Assembly (NCBI GenBank): GCA_963774265.1
Contig: CAVZDU010000005.1
Coordinates: 480,001-544,000 of the forward strand
Direction of reading: 5' to 3'
DNA from: an uncultured Chloroflexia bacterium
GTDB taxonomy: Bacteria > Chloroflexota > Anaerolineae > CG2-30-64-16
DNA: 64,000 nucleotides
Each line of letters starts with the position of its first letter. Position 1 is the stretch's first letter. Under the pieces are notes generated by a model, which was not told the DNA's origin, did no database searches, and was given only the letters and a program-made list of their open reading frames with translations. Positions 45,396 to 54,739 of the stretch are shown piece after piece. A program made the translations under genes and the position numbers.

Positions 45396-45865
45396 CAGAG
45401 AACGGAGCGCGGTTTACGGAGGACCAGGAACGGCGGGTGCTGCGCACGATCGAGCAGCTGCGGGCCTGCCAGGGCGACTACCAGAGCATTCACACGGAGC
45501 TCGAGCAAAAGCGGCTGGCCTGGTGGGAGGCCAACCGCGGGCAGCTGCGGCTGTCCGGCTCCCCCGAGCGCCAGGCCTACACGCTGTTCCTGCTTGAATA
45601 CCTGGGGTTGGATGAGGGGGAGGTCCCGGTCGTGTATGAGGACGGTCGGCGGATCGTCTGGCGTTCGGTCAACTTCTGCTCGATGCTGGAAGGCTGCCGG
45701 CGGCTAGGGCTGGACACTCGGGTGGTGTGCCGGGCGGCGACGGAACGCTCGGTGGAAACGCTGATCCGGCGGCTGGACGACCGGTTGCGGTTCGGGCGGA
45801 ACTACGAGACGGGCATGCGGCCGTTTGCGGCGTATTGCGAGGAAGAGATCTGGCTGGCCGAGTAA
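45386..45865 (+). CDS. hypothetical 4-Cys putative metal-binding protein
   Basis: FCSMLEGC...VVC...YCEE pattern; may be one gene with the upstream HTH ORF. Confidence 0.6.
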   Translation: MALAENGARFTEDQERRVLRTIEQLRACQGDYQSIHTELEQKRLAWWEANRGQLRLSGSPERQAYTLFLLEYLGLDEGEVPVVYEDGRRIVWRSVNFCSMLEGCRRLGLDTRVVCRAATERSVETLIRRLDDRLRFGRNYETGMRPFAAYCEEEIWLAE

Positions 45866-45896
45866 GGCGACGCGGCGGGACTGCGACTCTCACTGG

Positions 45897-46490
45897 TCAG
45901 GGTGATACGCCTGTTGGGCCCTGGCATGCGCGCTTCGCTCGCTCTGTCACTGCAACGATGAAGGCCGTCTTCTCTTCGGTGTAGCGGACGCGGTCACCTG
46001 CGAACTCCGCGGCAAGCCGGCGCTTGAGCGTGGCATACTGAGCAGCCGTTTCGGGGTGGGCGATCAAGTAGTCGCGGAAAAGCACCCGATCCCAATGCTC
46101 AGCGAATCCCATCTCCACCACGTGGATGTGATGCGTTCGCTCGCCCGCGTCATCGCGCTTGATGAACCAGGGGTAAAAAGGCGGGCCAGCATCACCGCGT
46201 GTCGGACGCCAAAAATAGTCGTAGCCCTGCGCTTCCAGAAGCGGAGCGATCTCCTCACGCACGAGTGCCAGATCATTGACACCGGCGAGAATGTCGATGA
46301 TGGGCTTTGCCGCCAGTCTGGGGACGGCGGTGCTGCCGATGTGCTCAATGCGGATGATGGAACCTTCGGGGAAACAAGCAAGCAGGTGTTGTTTTTCCTG
46401 CTCAAAGCGAGCGGGCCACGCGGGGTCGTAGTCGACGATGTCGACAACCTCAGCTGTGACGCGGCGCACCTTGTCTTCAAGACTCTCCAT
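45897..46490 (-). CDS. GrpB family nucleotidyltransferase-like protein
   Basis: YDPAWPARF, IEHIGSTAVPRLAAKPIIDI, FRDYL, YTEEKTAFI. Confidence 0.9.
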   Translation of the reverse strand: MESLEDKVRRVTAEVVDIVDYDPAWPARFEQEKQHLLACFPEGSIIRIEHIGSTAVPRLAAKPIIDILAGVNDLALVREEIAPLLEAQGYDYFWRPTRGDAGPPFYPWFIKRDDAGERTHHIHVVEMGFAEHWDRVLFRDYLIAHPETAAQYATLKRRLAAEFAGDRVRYTEEKTAFIVAVTERAKRACQGPTGVSP

Positions 46491-46526
46491 CGTTTCCCCA
46501 TGAGATCAGCCCGTCATTCATCCAGT

Positions 46527-46766
46527 CTACACCCTCACCCCCTCATTCGCCACTCGCGCCGCCTCCACATACCTGAGCGGCATCGGTTCAACTGCATTTA
46601 GCTTGGGCAAGCTCCACCCACCCGCGTCCTGCAGCCGGTCCAGCGGCGTCCCGTTCCGCGCGGCACGCGTCGCCCATGCGTGCCGCAGATCGTGCGCGCT
46701 TAACCCCTCGACGCCGATTGCATTCTCAAACCACCGCACGAGCGCGGTGATCGTCCGCTCGCTCAT
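46527..46766 (-). pseudogene. C-terminal remnant of tyrosine recombinase/integrase
   Basis: SAHDLRHAWAT...LQDAGGWS...MPLRY; N-terminal domains absent. Confidence 0.8.
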
Positions 46767-46972
46767 CCCGGCCCTGCACCTCGGGTAAGACGTGCCTCGT
46801 GGTATGGGTTTTGCGGCTGAAAGTCCAGCCTCCTCCGCGACATCACCGCTGATTCGGGAGTGGCCTTACGGTAGGCGGACATGGCTCCGGTATATGATTC
46901 CGACTCTGATGGCGCTCATCGAGCTGCGCCCCTCGATGGTACTTTGTCTTCGCGGTGTGAGGAGCGAACACG

Positions 46973-47098
46973 ATGGATTTGAGAGCCCTATGGGAAGCGG
47001 TGGTGGCTGTTGGAATCACGCCCCTTGCCTCAATCGCCATGGCGCTGTTTGTCGTGGCTGGCATAGTTGTACTCTTCAGGAAGATCGATCGTCGGTAG
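46973..47098 (+). CDS. 41-aa single-TM membrane peptide (below ORF track cutoff)
   Basis: SD GAGGAG; MDLRALWEAVVAVGITPLASIAMALFVVAGIVVLFRKIDRR. Confidence 0.55.
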   Translation: MDLRALWEAVVAVGITPLASIAMALFVVAGIVVLFRKIDRR

Positions 47099-47463
47099 AG
47101 TGACGGCGGCCCTTTTGAAGCGAAGCGCTGCGTGGTTGCGGCCCCACTCCGCGATGAGGCCGTAGTACGTCGCGACAACGAAGCGTACACGGATGGCCAG
47201 AGGATGTCTTGTCGACAACGCTTCACACGGCGTACACCCGCACCCCTCACGGCGCAGAAGGCGGCCTTGACCTGGCGCTTTCCCTAGCCAAGCGAATGTA
47301 GTGTGGTTGAAGTGACTGGGCGGCGGTCTTCAGTCAATGAAGCTGCCCTGACTTGTGCGCATTCCATATACAAAGCGGCAGATTTGTGCTAGGATGTCGA
47401 TTGGACCGCAGGTTTCTCCCTTTTTGCGACGGAACGATTGTCCTGAAGAGAGGAGCAATTACC

Positions 47464-48597
47464 ATGAGTCAATCGGATGTGACCTCACTCAGCCGGGAAA
47501 GTGTGCCCGAAGAGGCCTATCGGCAAGCCATGCAGTCCTCCGCGGCCGAACCGCCGGGCCAGCAGTATGGCGAGGCACTGCAGCAACTCAGGGCAGAGTA
47601 CCTGGATGGCTTGTACGGCCTCATCGGACCGGCGAATCTTCAGCGTTATCTGCACCTCCACGAGCGACGCGTCCGCAACATGCTCAAACTGCGCGAAACG
47701 ACACCGGCCACCCCTGATGGTGCGCGGATACTCGCAGAACGCAGGGCGCACAACATTGCGGAGTCGTACAAGCTATTCCAGCGTTCCGGGATCGACATCG
47801 ACCAGTTGACCCGCCTTCGACAGCAACACACAGCGGCGCTCTGTGCCATTTTTCCGGACCGGCCTGGTGCAAGCGCCACGCAAGCGGAAGGGGCAATGCC
47901 CCTCGGGGGAGGCGGCGGGGCCATCGACCTGGAAGCGCCCTATCTTGAAAAGCAATGCACTGAGTATGCGTGGAGCAACAGAGGGCCAGATCATTATGGT
48001 CTTACCCGCTCCTGCGATAACGTCACAGGGAGAATGGAACACGACTCCTGGATGAGGGTCTACGATGCAAGCAACCACGATGAAGTCTATATGGAGAGCG
48101 TGCATCAAGTCGGGTCGCTGGCCTGCGTCCCCCACGGCTGTACCAGTCTATGGCTGACCGCAGTCTTCGCGAATGAGCGTTCGGAAAGCCGCGGTTCCTG
48201 GGACGAGGAATGTGGATGGTCGCGGCTCAGGTTTATGCAATGGCTTTCGGCCCGCCTCACCGTGAAGCGGGTCTGGCCCGCCGGCAGCAGTGAAATGCGT
48301 GAGACGACCGTCAGGGGAGCACTGGGCGGAACCGGAGCTCAGCAGTTCATATGGGACGACGCCTGGATACACATCGGCGAGGGGACCATCTGCAGTGTGG
48401 ACGCCGACCTGTTCCAGGCTGGGGAGCAAGTCTGCAGCGATCCGCTTTTCTTCGCCGGCCCGTACGCTGAAGGGGACTACCTGGGCGTCTGGGCCGGCTT
48501 GAGATGCGGGCACTGCGCCTGGATCGACGACGTTTCGCTGACAGACGACCTTAGTTATCACCTCCGGCTCGATAAGATCGTGGTGATCTTCGCCTGA
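47464..48597 (+). CDS. hypothetical protein
   Basis: SD AGGAG, 377-aa ORF; helical N-half, Cys/Trp-rich beta-like C-half; no family recognised. Confidence 0.7.
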   Translation: MSQSDVTSLSRESVPEEAYRQAMQSSAAEPPGQQYGEALQQLRAEYLDGLYGLIGPANLQRYLHLHERRVRNMLKLRETTPATPDGARILAERRAHNIAESYKLFQRSGIDIDQLTRLRQQHTAALCAIFPDRPGASATQAEGAMPLGGGGGAIDLEAPYLEKQCTEYAWSNRGPDHYGLTRSCDNVTGRMEHDSWMRVYDASNHDEVYMESVHQVGSLACVPHGCTSLWLTAVFANERSESRGSWDEECGWSRLRFMQWLSARLTVKRVWPAGSSEMRETTVRGALGGTGAQQFIWDDAWIHIGEGTICSVDADLFQAGEQVCSDPLFFAGPYAEGDYLGVWAGLRCGHCAWIDDVSLTDDLSYHLRLDKIVVIFA

Positions 48598-48628
48598 TCC
48601 TGTGCGAGCCTCGCTATTCGCCTCATAC

Positions 48629-48702
48629 GACTTGACAACTCCATCGGCAGGGCAAGCGGCTTTTTGCCCGCAAGGTCGGAGGCTCCAGTCCTCCTCGAGG
48701 AG
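48629..48702 (+). pseudogene. degenerate tRNA-Asn copy (att-like)
   Basis: GGCAgGGCAAGCGGC...CCGCAAGGTcGGAGGcTCcAGTCCTCCTCGAGGAGC aligns to 43343-43416; anticodon and T loops broken. Confidence 0.85.
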
Positions 48703-48713
48703 CCTGGACATTG

Positions 48714-48748
48714 ACCGGCGACCCGTAAGGGTTGCCGGTTTTGCTTTA
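48714..48748 (+). terminator. intrinsic terminator
   Basis: ACCGGCGACCC-GTAA-GGGTTGCCGGT-TTTGCTTT. Confidence 0.7.
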
Positions 48749-49058
48749 ATCTATAGCCTCAGCTTCGGCGCGGCCGTTGGCTCTGGCATCTTCGTTACGA
48801 GATCGTCGGCCTCCGTTGCGGAAGTTGGCATTTCTGCCGCAACCGTGGGCATTGGTGCAGGCTTGGTTGGTGACTGGGCCAATAGCGCGCCTGCCGCGAG
48901 TATCACGATCGCCAGCCCGATTCCAGCGGGATGACCTGCCGCCTGCCGTGCTTTTTCAGATAGTCCAGCACGGGAGCCTTCAGAGTGGTTTTCGACGTCG
49001 TATTGCGTACGGTTGTTCGCTCCGCGTTCTCGATTTTTTCTCTTTCCGATATTTCGAC

Positions 49059-49080
49059 TATAATGCCGGAACACCTGTTC
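49059..49080 (+). promoter_or_regulatory. -10 box and LexA (SOS) box
   Basis: TATAAT 49059-49064 then GAAC-ACCT-GTTC 49069-49080, 11 bp before the imuA ATG. Confidence 0.8.
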
Positions 49081-49091
49081 AGGTCAGGCAT

Positions 49092-49844
49092 ATGACATCT
49101 CAACGTCATCGCAAATTGGATGCGGTTGTCGCCCGGTTGCAACTGGCGTATGGACCGCGTGCTATCCGTCGGGCCGACCCCGACGAGAAGACGCCGCCCA
49201 TCGCGCGTATTGCGACTTCATTCGCTGAGCTAGACGCGGCCCTCGACGGCGGGCTGCCCCAGGGGCGCATCACGGAAATTTCCGGTCCTGCAACTTCCGG
49301 CAAGCTAACCGTGGCCGCCAAAGCCATTGCGATGGCGCACCACCTGGATGCGGATGTCCTGGCCGCCTGGATCGATCCCGGTTACTCATGTGATCCCGAC
49401 TATATGCACCGTTGCGGCGTTGATTTGGACCGGCTGCTGGTCGTGCATCCGGTCAATCCGGAGGACGCACTCTCCATCATGTTGCACCTGGTCGAGAGCA
49501 ACGCGCTGGCCCTGCTTGTCGTTGACTGGGAGCCATCCCTGTGGGATGCGGAAGCTGCGTTCGTCGAGCAGGCGGCCGCGTTGGCCCGGCTCTCTTCCAT
49601 GCTGCCGCGCACCGCCACCGCCCTTGTCTTTCTATCTGAGCTACGTGGACAATCGCGCGCTTTGGGACACGCAGCCGCCGTGCGTATCATCCTCCGTCGC
49701 GAGCGATGGATCACCCGCGACGACGGTGACGTGCGGGGGTATATCGGGCAGGCGGAGATCGCGAAGAATCGCTTTGGGAATTCGGGCGTGCGGGCCACGG
49801 TGCGCATCACGTTCAACGGCACGGTGCGGGGTGATGGCCTATGA
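49092..49844 (+). CDS. imuA: RecA-like ImuA protein
   Basis: LDAALDGGLPQGRITEISGPATSGK, GVDLDRLL; first gene of the mutagenesis cassette. Confidence 0.78.
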   Translation: MTSQRHRKLDAVVARLQLAYGPRAIRRADPDEKTPPIARIATSFAELDAALDGGLPQGRITEISGPATSGKLTVAAKAIAMAHHLDADVLAAWIDPGYSCDPDYMHRCGVDLDRLLVVHPVNPEDALSIMLHLVESNALALLVVDWEPSLWDAEAAFVEQAAALARLSSMLPRTATALVFLSELRGQSRALGHAAAVRIILRRERWITRDDGDVRGYIGQAEIAKNRFGNSGVRATVRITFNGTVRGDGL

Positions 49845-51109
49845 CCGCCGGCTGGGAACCGCCCCCACGGGATCGACGTATCGCCTACCTCGTCGCACCC
49901 GAGTTTGGCGCCCAGGTATTGCAGCGATGGCGACGCAAGCGTCGGCAGCATGGCCGTGTCGACCCCGCCTTATGTGAGGGCCCGTGGGCGCTGTTGGATG
50001 ACCAGGGCCGCGTGCTGACTCTCAACGCGCTGGCGGCGCGTAGCGGCATCATGCCGGGACAGACTGAGTCGCAGGCGATGGCGCGGTGTCCCGTTGCCAC
50101 ACTGCGCCCTGCCAGCCGTTATCCCCTTTTTGAGGTGCAAACCGAGTTCATCGCGGCCGTGGCGCATTATGCCGGCCGCTGGCAGCCTGCGGGCCTGGGC
50201 TGCGCCTACCTGGACACTGAGGGCCTGGGAATTGGGAGCGATCCCCTGATGACCTGGTGCCAGGCGCTTGCGGTTGATATCCGCAGCCTCGGCCTGACGC
50301 CCAGTCTTGGCTTGACCAGCTCTAAATTCGGCGCCTTTGCCGCGGGCCAGGCCGCAGGGCGCAACAGCATGCTGGTGATGAGTTCGACCGTAGAACGATC
50401 ATTCGTGGCCGCCCAGCCGGTCACGTTGTTGCCGCTGGATGCCGCGACGTTGCTGCACCTCCGGCATCTCGGCATCCGATCGCTGGGTGAGTACGCGCGC
50501 CTGCCCGCCGCGGGAGTGCTCGCCCGTTTCGGTGAGGCGGGCCGGACCGCACAACGTTGGGCGCAAGGCCACGATGAGCGCCCTGTCACCCTACCTGATG
50601 AGCTGCCGCAAGTTACCTCCCGCATCGAGTTCGAGACGCCGGTGACCGATCGAGACATCCTGTTGGGCGCCTTGTTGCAGCGCACATCAACGCTGCTGGC
50701 CCCGTTGCACGCAAACCTGCAGGCCGTCGGGCGGCTGACCCTGGTCGTCCTGGCCGCGGATCGGCGTGTCCTGCCCGCAAATCACACTTTCTCACTGCCC
50801 ACCGCCGCCATGGCAACCATCCGGCTGGCGTTGGCTGCGGCCTGGACCTATCCGCGGCGATCCTTGGATCGCAGAATAGTGAAGGTGCGAGCGAGGTCAC
50901 GCTCATCTGGGCGACATCAGTGATGCGGCGATACCCGTATCGCTGCAGTTGTCTTTATTCGACGGCGGGCCAACCTCGCGCTGCGGCGTTGACGGCCCTC
51001 CTCGATCGGTTCGCCACGCGTCGGGCCACACGCATTCCAGATGGCTGCCCTGACGGAACCCGGCCATCCACTTCCCGAACGGCGGGCCAACTGGAAGGAG
51101 TTCAGTTAG
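49841..51109 (+). CDS. imuB: inactive Y-family polymerase ImuB (frameshifted near 3' end)
   Basis: AARSGIMPG...AMARCP, AYLD, LGIRSLGEYARLP...LARFG; lacks DinB catalytic motifs. Confidence 0.8.
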
Positions 51110-51114
51110 AGGTC

Positions 51115-51401
51115 ATGACGCGACTTCGGCCGCAGGAGCGCCGGTGCAGGTGGTGGCGCGGAACGACGGTGCACCGGCGCGCTTCCAGCTGTGGGGTGAC
51201 TGGCATGAAGGTCGCGTTCATTGCCAATCGCTGGCGCGTGCACACGGCCTGGTGGCTGTCGGAAGCGGTCACGCAACGCGACGATCCAAGGACTGCGGCA
51301 TCGCGCGAGTATTTCAAGCTCGCTTCCACCGATGGGCTGCTTTGCACCTCTATCGCGATCTGCAGGACAGCGCCTGGTATTGTGCGCGGGTGTACGACTG
51401 A
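51115..51401 (+). CDS. small DUF6504-like protein (frameshifted)
   Basis: PARFQ...WRVHTAWW...REYFKL...LYRDL...WYCARVYD across frames. Confidence 0.65.
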
Positions 51402-51415
51402 AATAGCGCCTGGTC

Positions 51416-54400
51416 ATGTACTGTGAACTGCATTGCCACTCGTATTACTCTCTTCTCGATGCCGCATCCGCACCCGAGGCGTTGGTCGAGGCCGCGGCCG
51501 CGGAAGGCGTGGCTGCGCTGGCCCTCACCGACCATGACGGTCTCTATGGGGCCGTGGCGTTCTGGCGCGCGGCGCAGGCGCGGGGCGTGCGGCCCATCAT
51601 CGGTGCGGAGCTCACCCTGGCCCACGGCTCGCACCTGACTTTACTGGCAGAAACGCAGGCGGGTTACGCCAACCTTAGCCGGCTCATCAGCATCGGGCAA
51701 CTGGCGGGGAGTAAGGGCAACCCCCGCCTGGCGATCGAGGACGTGGCCCGGCACGCGGGCGGGCTGCTGTGCCTGACGGGATGCCCGCAAGGCGCAGTGG
51801 CCGCGGCCGTGCTGGCCGATGACACACCGCGGGCGCGACGGGCCGCGGGCAGGCTCGCTGATATCTTCGGCCGCGATCGAACGTGGGTCGAGGTGCAGCG
51901 CCACTGGCTGCCGGACGATGCACGGTTGAATGCGGGGCTGGTTGCGGTCGCGCAGGGGACCGGCCTGCCCGTGGTGGCGACGAACGACGTTCATTACGCG
52001 GCGCCGGAGGGCCATCGACTGCGCGAAGTGCTGACTGCCACCCGTCTCAACTGTTCCCTGGGCGAGCTGGTTGCGCGGCTGCCGCCGGGCCTTGTGGCCG
52101 CGCAAGCCTCAACCGAGTTTTATCTCAAGAGCGAGGCCGAGATGGCCGCCCTCTTTGCCGACCTGCCCCACGCCATCACGGAGACGCAGGCGATTGCCGA
52201 GCGCTGCAGCGTCGACCTTGATTTTTCACAGCGGCGCACACCCGCCTTTCCCCCTCAAACCGCGGACTTCACCGCCGGGCTCCCCGCCGGCGAAACGCCG
52301 TTCAGCTATTTGTACCGGCTCAGCCATGCCGGGTTGACCGAGCGATCCGAAGGATCGCAGTATCGCCCGGTCACCCCGGCCGCCCTGCGCCAACTCAGCC
52401 ACGAATTGACGGTGATCGAGAACGCGGGACTGGCTGATTACTTTCTGATCGTATGGGATATCGTCCGGTTTGCGCGCTCGCAAAACATCCGGTGCCAGGG
52501 CCGCGGCAGCGCCGCCAATTCGGTGGTGGCATACGTCCTGGGCATCACGCCGGTCGATCCCCTGCAGTACGATCTCCTCTTTGAACGATTCCTGAGCGAC
52601 CGGCACGACACCACTCCTGACATCGATCTGGATTTCGCGTCCGACCGGCGGGACGAGGTGGTGGCGTATATTTACGAGCGCTACGGCGTCGAGCATGCGG
52701 CCATGGTGTGCAATGTCAACACCTATCAATGGCGCAGCGCGGTGCGCGATGCGGCGCGCGCATTGGGGTACCAGCCGGAGGATGTAGACCGGATTGCTGA
52801 GTGGGCGCGCGAGAACCGGCCGAAGGACGCACAGGTGAAGGAAGAAGGAAAAAGGAAAAAGGAAAATCTTCCCTCTTCCCTCTTCCCTCTTCCTTTTCGT
52901 TCGGCGCTAGTGCTGGAGTTGGCGGCGCAATTGATCGACACGCCGCGGCACCTCTCCGTGCACGTCGGCGGGATGTTGATCACTGCGCAGCCGCTGGTGG
53001 AGATCGTGCCGCTGGAACGGGCCACCAAAGAAGGGATCGTCGTCGCGCAATGGAACAAAGACAGCGTCGAGGACGCGGGACTCATCAAAATCGATCTGCT
53101 TTGCCTGCGGACATTGGATGCCATCAGCGAAGCTTGCGCGTTGATTGCGCAGCGCAGCGGGTCTGCGCCGGATTTGGCCGCACTGCCGTTGGACGATCCC
53201 GCGGTCTATCGCCTCCTGGCCGCGGGCGACACCATCGGCGCGTTTCAGGTCGAAAGTCGCGCCCAGGCCCAGATGCTGCCGCGACTGAAACCAGCACGCT
53301 TCGAAGACCTGATCATCCAGGTGAGCATTGTCCGGCCCGGGCCCATTCAAGGCGGCATGGTGCATCCATACCTGCGCCGGCGGCAGGGGCTGGAGCCTGT
53401 GACTTACCTCCATCCCAGCCTGGAGCCGGTTTTGCGCGAGACCCTGGGCGTGATCCTTTTTCAGGAACAGGTCTTGCGCGTGGCAATGGTGCTGGCCAGG
53501 TTCACGCCCGGCGAGGCGGATCTGCTGCGCCGCGCGATGAGCCGGAGCCGGTCCGCGCAAGCGATGGCCGAATTGCAGGAACGGTTTTTGGCCGGCGCGG
53601 TGGCGAACGGTGTTGCACCGGCGGTCGCCCAGGAAGTCTTCCGCCAGCTTCAGGGTTTCGCCACCTACGGGTTCTGCAAGTCGCACGCAGCGAGTTTTGC
53701 GCTCATCGCCTATCAGACGCTGTGGCTCAAGGCACATCACCCGCTCGAATACACCTGTGCGCTGCTGAATCACCAGCCCATGGGCTTTTACGCGCCTGAA
53801 GTGGTTATGGGCGACGCGCAGCGGCACGGCATCAAGATCATGCGGCCGAACGTCAATCTGAGCCTGGATGCCTGCACCATCGAGGCAGGTTCGCTGCGAT
53901 TGGGATTGCGCTATCTGCATGGGCTTGGGGAAGCGGGGTGCGGTCGCGTGCTGGCCGCGCGATCCCTGGATCGCCGCGGCGACCACGGGTCGTGCGACCA
54001 CGAGTCGTGCGACCACGAGTCGTGCGACCAACCGTTTACCTCGTTGACCGACTTCTGCCGGCGCACGCGGCTGCCGCGCACACTGATCGGCGACCTGATC
54101 CGGGCCGGTGCATTGGACGGGCTCAGCACCCAAAAGGGAGACGGCACGCCCACCAAACGGAACGTGAATGCCTGCGAAGTGGGCAGTGAAGCAGTGGGCA
54201 GCGGCCAGGAGCCGCAGCCGGCCCGCCGGCAGATGCTGTGGCTGCTGGGCGATGTGCAGTACGACGAAGAGCAACTTGTCGAAGTTCCCCCCCTCGAAGC
54301 GGACCTGCCACCCCTGAGCGAAGCGGAGGCGCTGGCCTGGGACTACGAACTCATGGGCGTGTCGCCGCGATCCGGCACAGGATCGCTGGATCACCCCATG

Positions 54401-54739
54401 CGGCTCATGCGGGCGACTCTTGAGTCGCTGCGGGGCCGGGGCGTGCTCACTGCCGCGGAACTGGCGCGGCGGCCGGCCGGGCAATTGGTCGTCGTCGCAG
54501 GGCTGGTCATCGTGCGGCAGGCGCCGCCGACCGCGAAGGGACACTTGTTCATCACGCTGGAAGACGAGTCCGGCCTGGCGAACCTCATCATCCGGCCCGA
54601 CCTGTATGAGCGAAAGCGCGCCGTCCTGCACCGAGCGTCCGCGCTCATTGTTCGGGGCGTGACGCAGCGGGATGGGGGGGCGAGCAGCCTGCTGGTGCGG
54701 GACGTTGCGGCGCTGGAGAGCGGGAGCGGCTTCGTATGA
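51416..54739 (+). CDS. dnaE2: error-prone DNA polymerase III alpha (DnaE2/ImuC)
   Basis: ELHCHSYYSLLD PHP, GRGSAANS, PDIDLDF, RHLSVHVGG, FCKSHA, QPMGFY, PPTAKG. Confidence 0.94.
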   Translation: MYCELHCHSYYSLLDAASAPEALVEAAAAEGVAALALTDHDGLYGAVAFWRAAQARGVRPIIGAELTLAHGSHLTLLAETQAGYANLSRLISIGQLAGSKGNPRLAIEDVARHAGGLLCLTGCPQGAVAAAVLADDTPRARRAAGRLADIFGRDRTWVEVQRHWLPDDARLNAGLVAVAQGTGLPVVATNDVHYAAPEGHRLREVLTATRLNCSLGELVARLPPGLVAAQASTEFYLKSEAEMAALFADLPHAITETQAIAERCSVDLDFSQRRTPAFPPQTADFTAGLPAGETPFSYLYRLSHAGLTERSEGSQYRPVTPAALRQLSHELTVIENAGLADYFLIVWDIVRFARSQNIRCQGRGSAANSVVAYVLGITPVDPLQYDLLFERFLSDRHDTTPDIDLDFASDRRDEVVAYIYERYGVEHAAMVCNVNTYQWRSAVRDAARALGYQPEDVDRIAEWARENRPKDAQVKEEGKRKKENLPSSLFPLPFRSALVLELAAQLIDTPRHLSVHVGGMLITAQPLVEIVPLERATKEGIVVAQWNKDSVEDAGLIKIDLLCLRTLDAISEACALIAQRSGSAPDLAALPLDDPAVYRLLAAGDTIGAFQVESRAQAQMLPRLKPARFEDLIIQVSIVRPGPIQGGMVHPYLRRRQGLEPVTYLHPSLEPVLRETLGVILFQEQVLRVAMVLARFTPGEADLLRRAMSRSRSAQAMAELQERFLAGAVANGVAPAVAQEVFRQLQGFATYGFCKSHAASFALIAYQTLWLKAHHPLEYTCALLNHQPMGFYAPEVVMGDAQRHGIKIMRPNVNLSLDACTIEAGSLRLGLRYLHGLGEAGCGRVLAARSLDRRGDHGSCDHESCDHESCDQPFTSLTDFCRRTRLPRTLIGDLIRAGALDGLSTQKGDGTPTKRNVNACEVGSEAVGSGQEPQPARRQMLWLLGDVQYDEEQLVEVPPLEADLPPLSEAEALAWDYELMGVSPRSGTGSLDHPMRLMRATLESLRGRGVLTAAELARRPAGQLVVVAGLVIVRQAPPTAKGHLFITLEDESGLANLIIRPDLYERKRAVLHRASALIVRGVTQRDGGASSLLVRDVAALESGSGFV
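52837..52898. repeat. heptamer-based inverted repeat inserted in frame in dnaE2
   Basis: (GGAAAAA)n followed by (CTTCCCT)n, encoding KEEGKRKKENLPSSLFPLPF. Confidence 0.7.
53979..54030. repeat. ~3.5 x 15-bp tandem repeat in dnaE2
   Basis: GCGACCACGAGTCGT units encoding DHGSCDHESCDHESCD. Confidence 0.85.

Larger units (their letters stand above)
43416..48702. mobile_element. decayed genomic island integrated at tRNA-Asn
   Basis: bounded by tRNA-Asn and a degenerate tRNA-Asn copy; contains an integrase remnant and a defence-like gene. Confidence 0.65.

Noticed and set aside
48629-48702. Functional tRNA-Lys(TTT)-like gene
   Set aside because: 8-nt anticodon loop, T loop lacks TTC, acceptor stem mispaired.
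48751-49074. 107-aa minus-strand ORF
   Set aside because: Overlaps the imuA promoter; only a short hydrophobic/Pro-Thr fragment looks coding, so at most a gene remnant.
53979-54030. Short repeats as a possible CRISPR array
   Set aside because: 15-bp tandem units without spacers, in frame within dnaE2; no cas genes.
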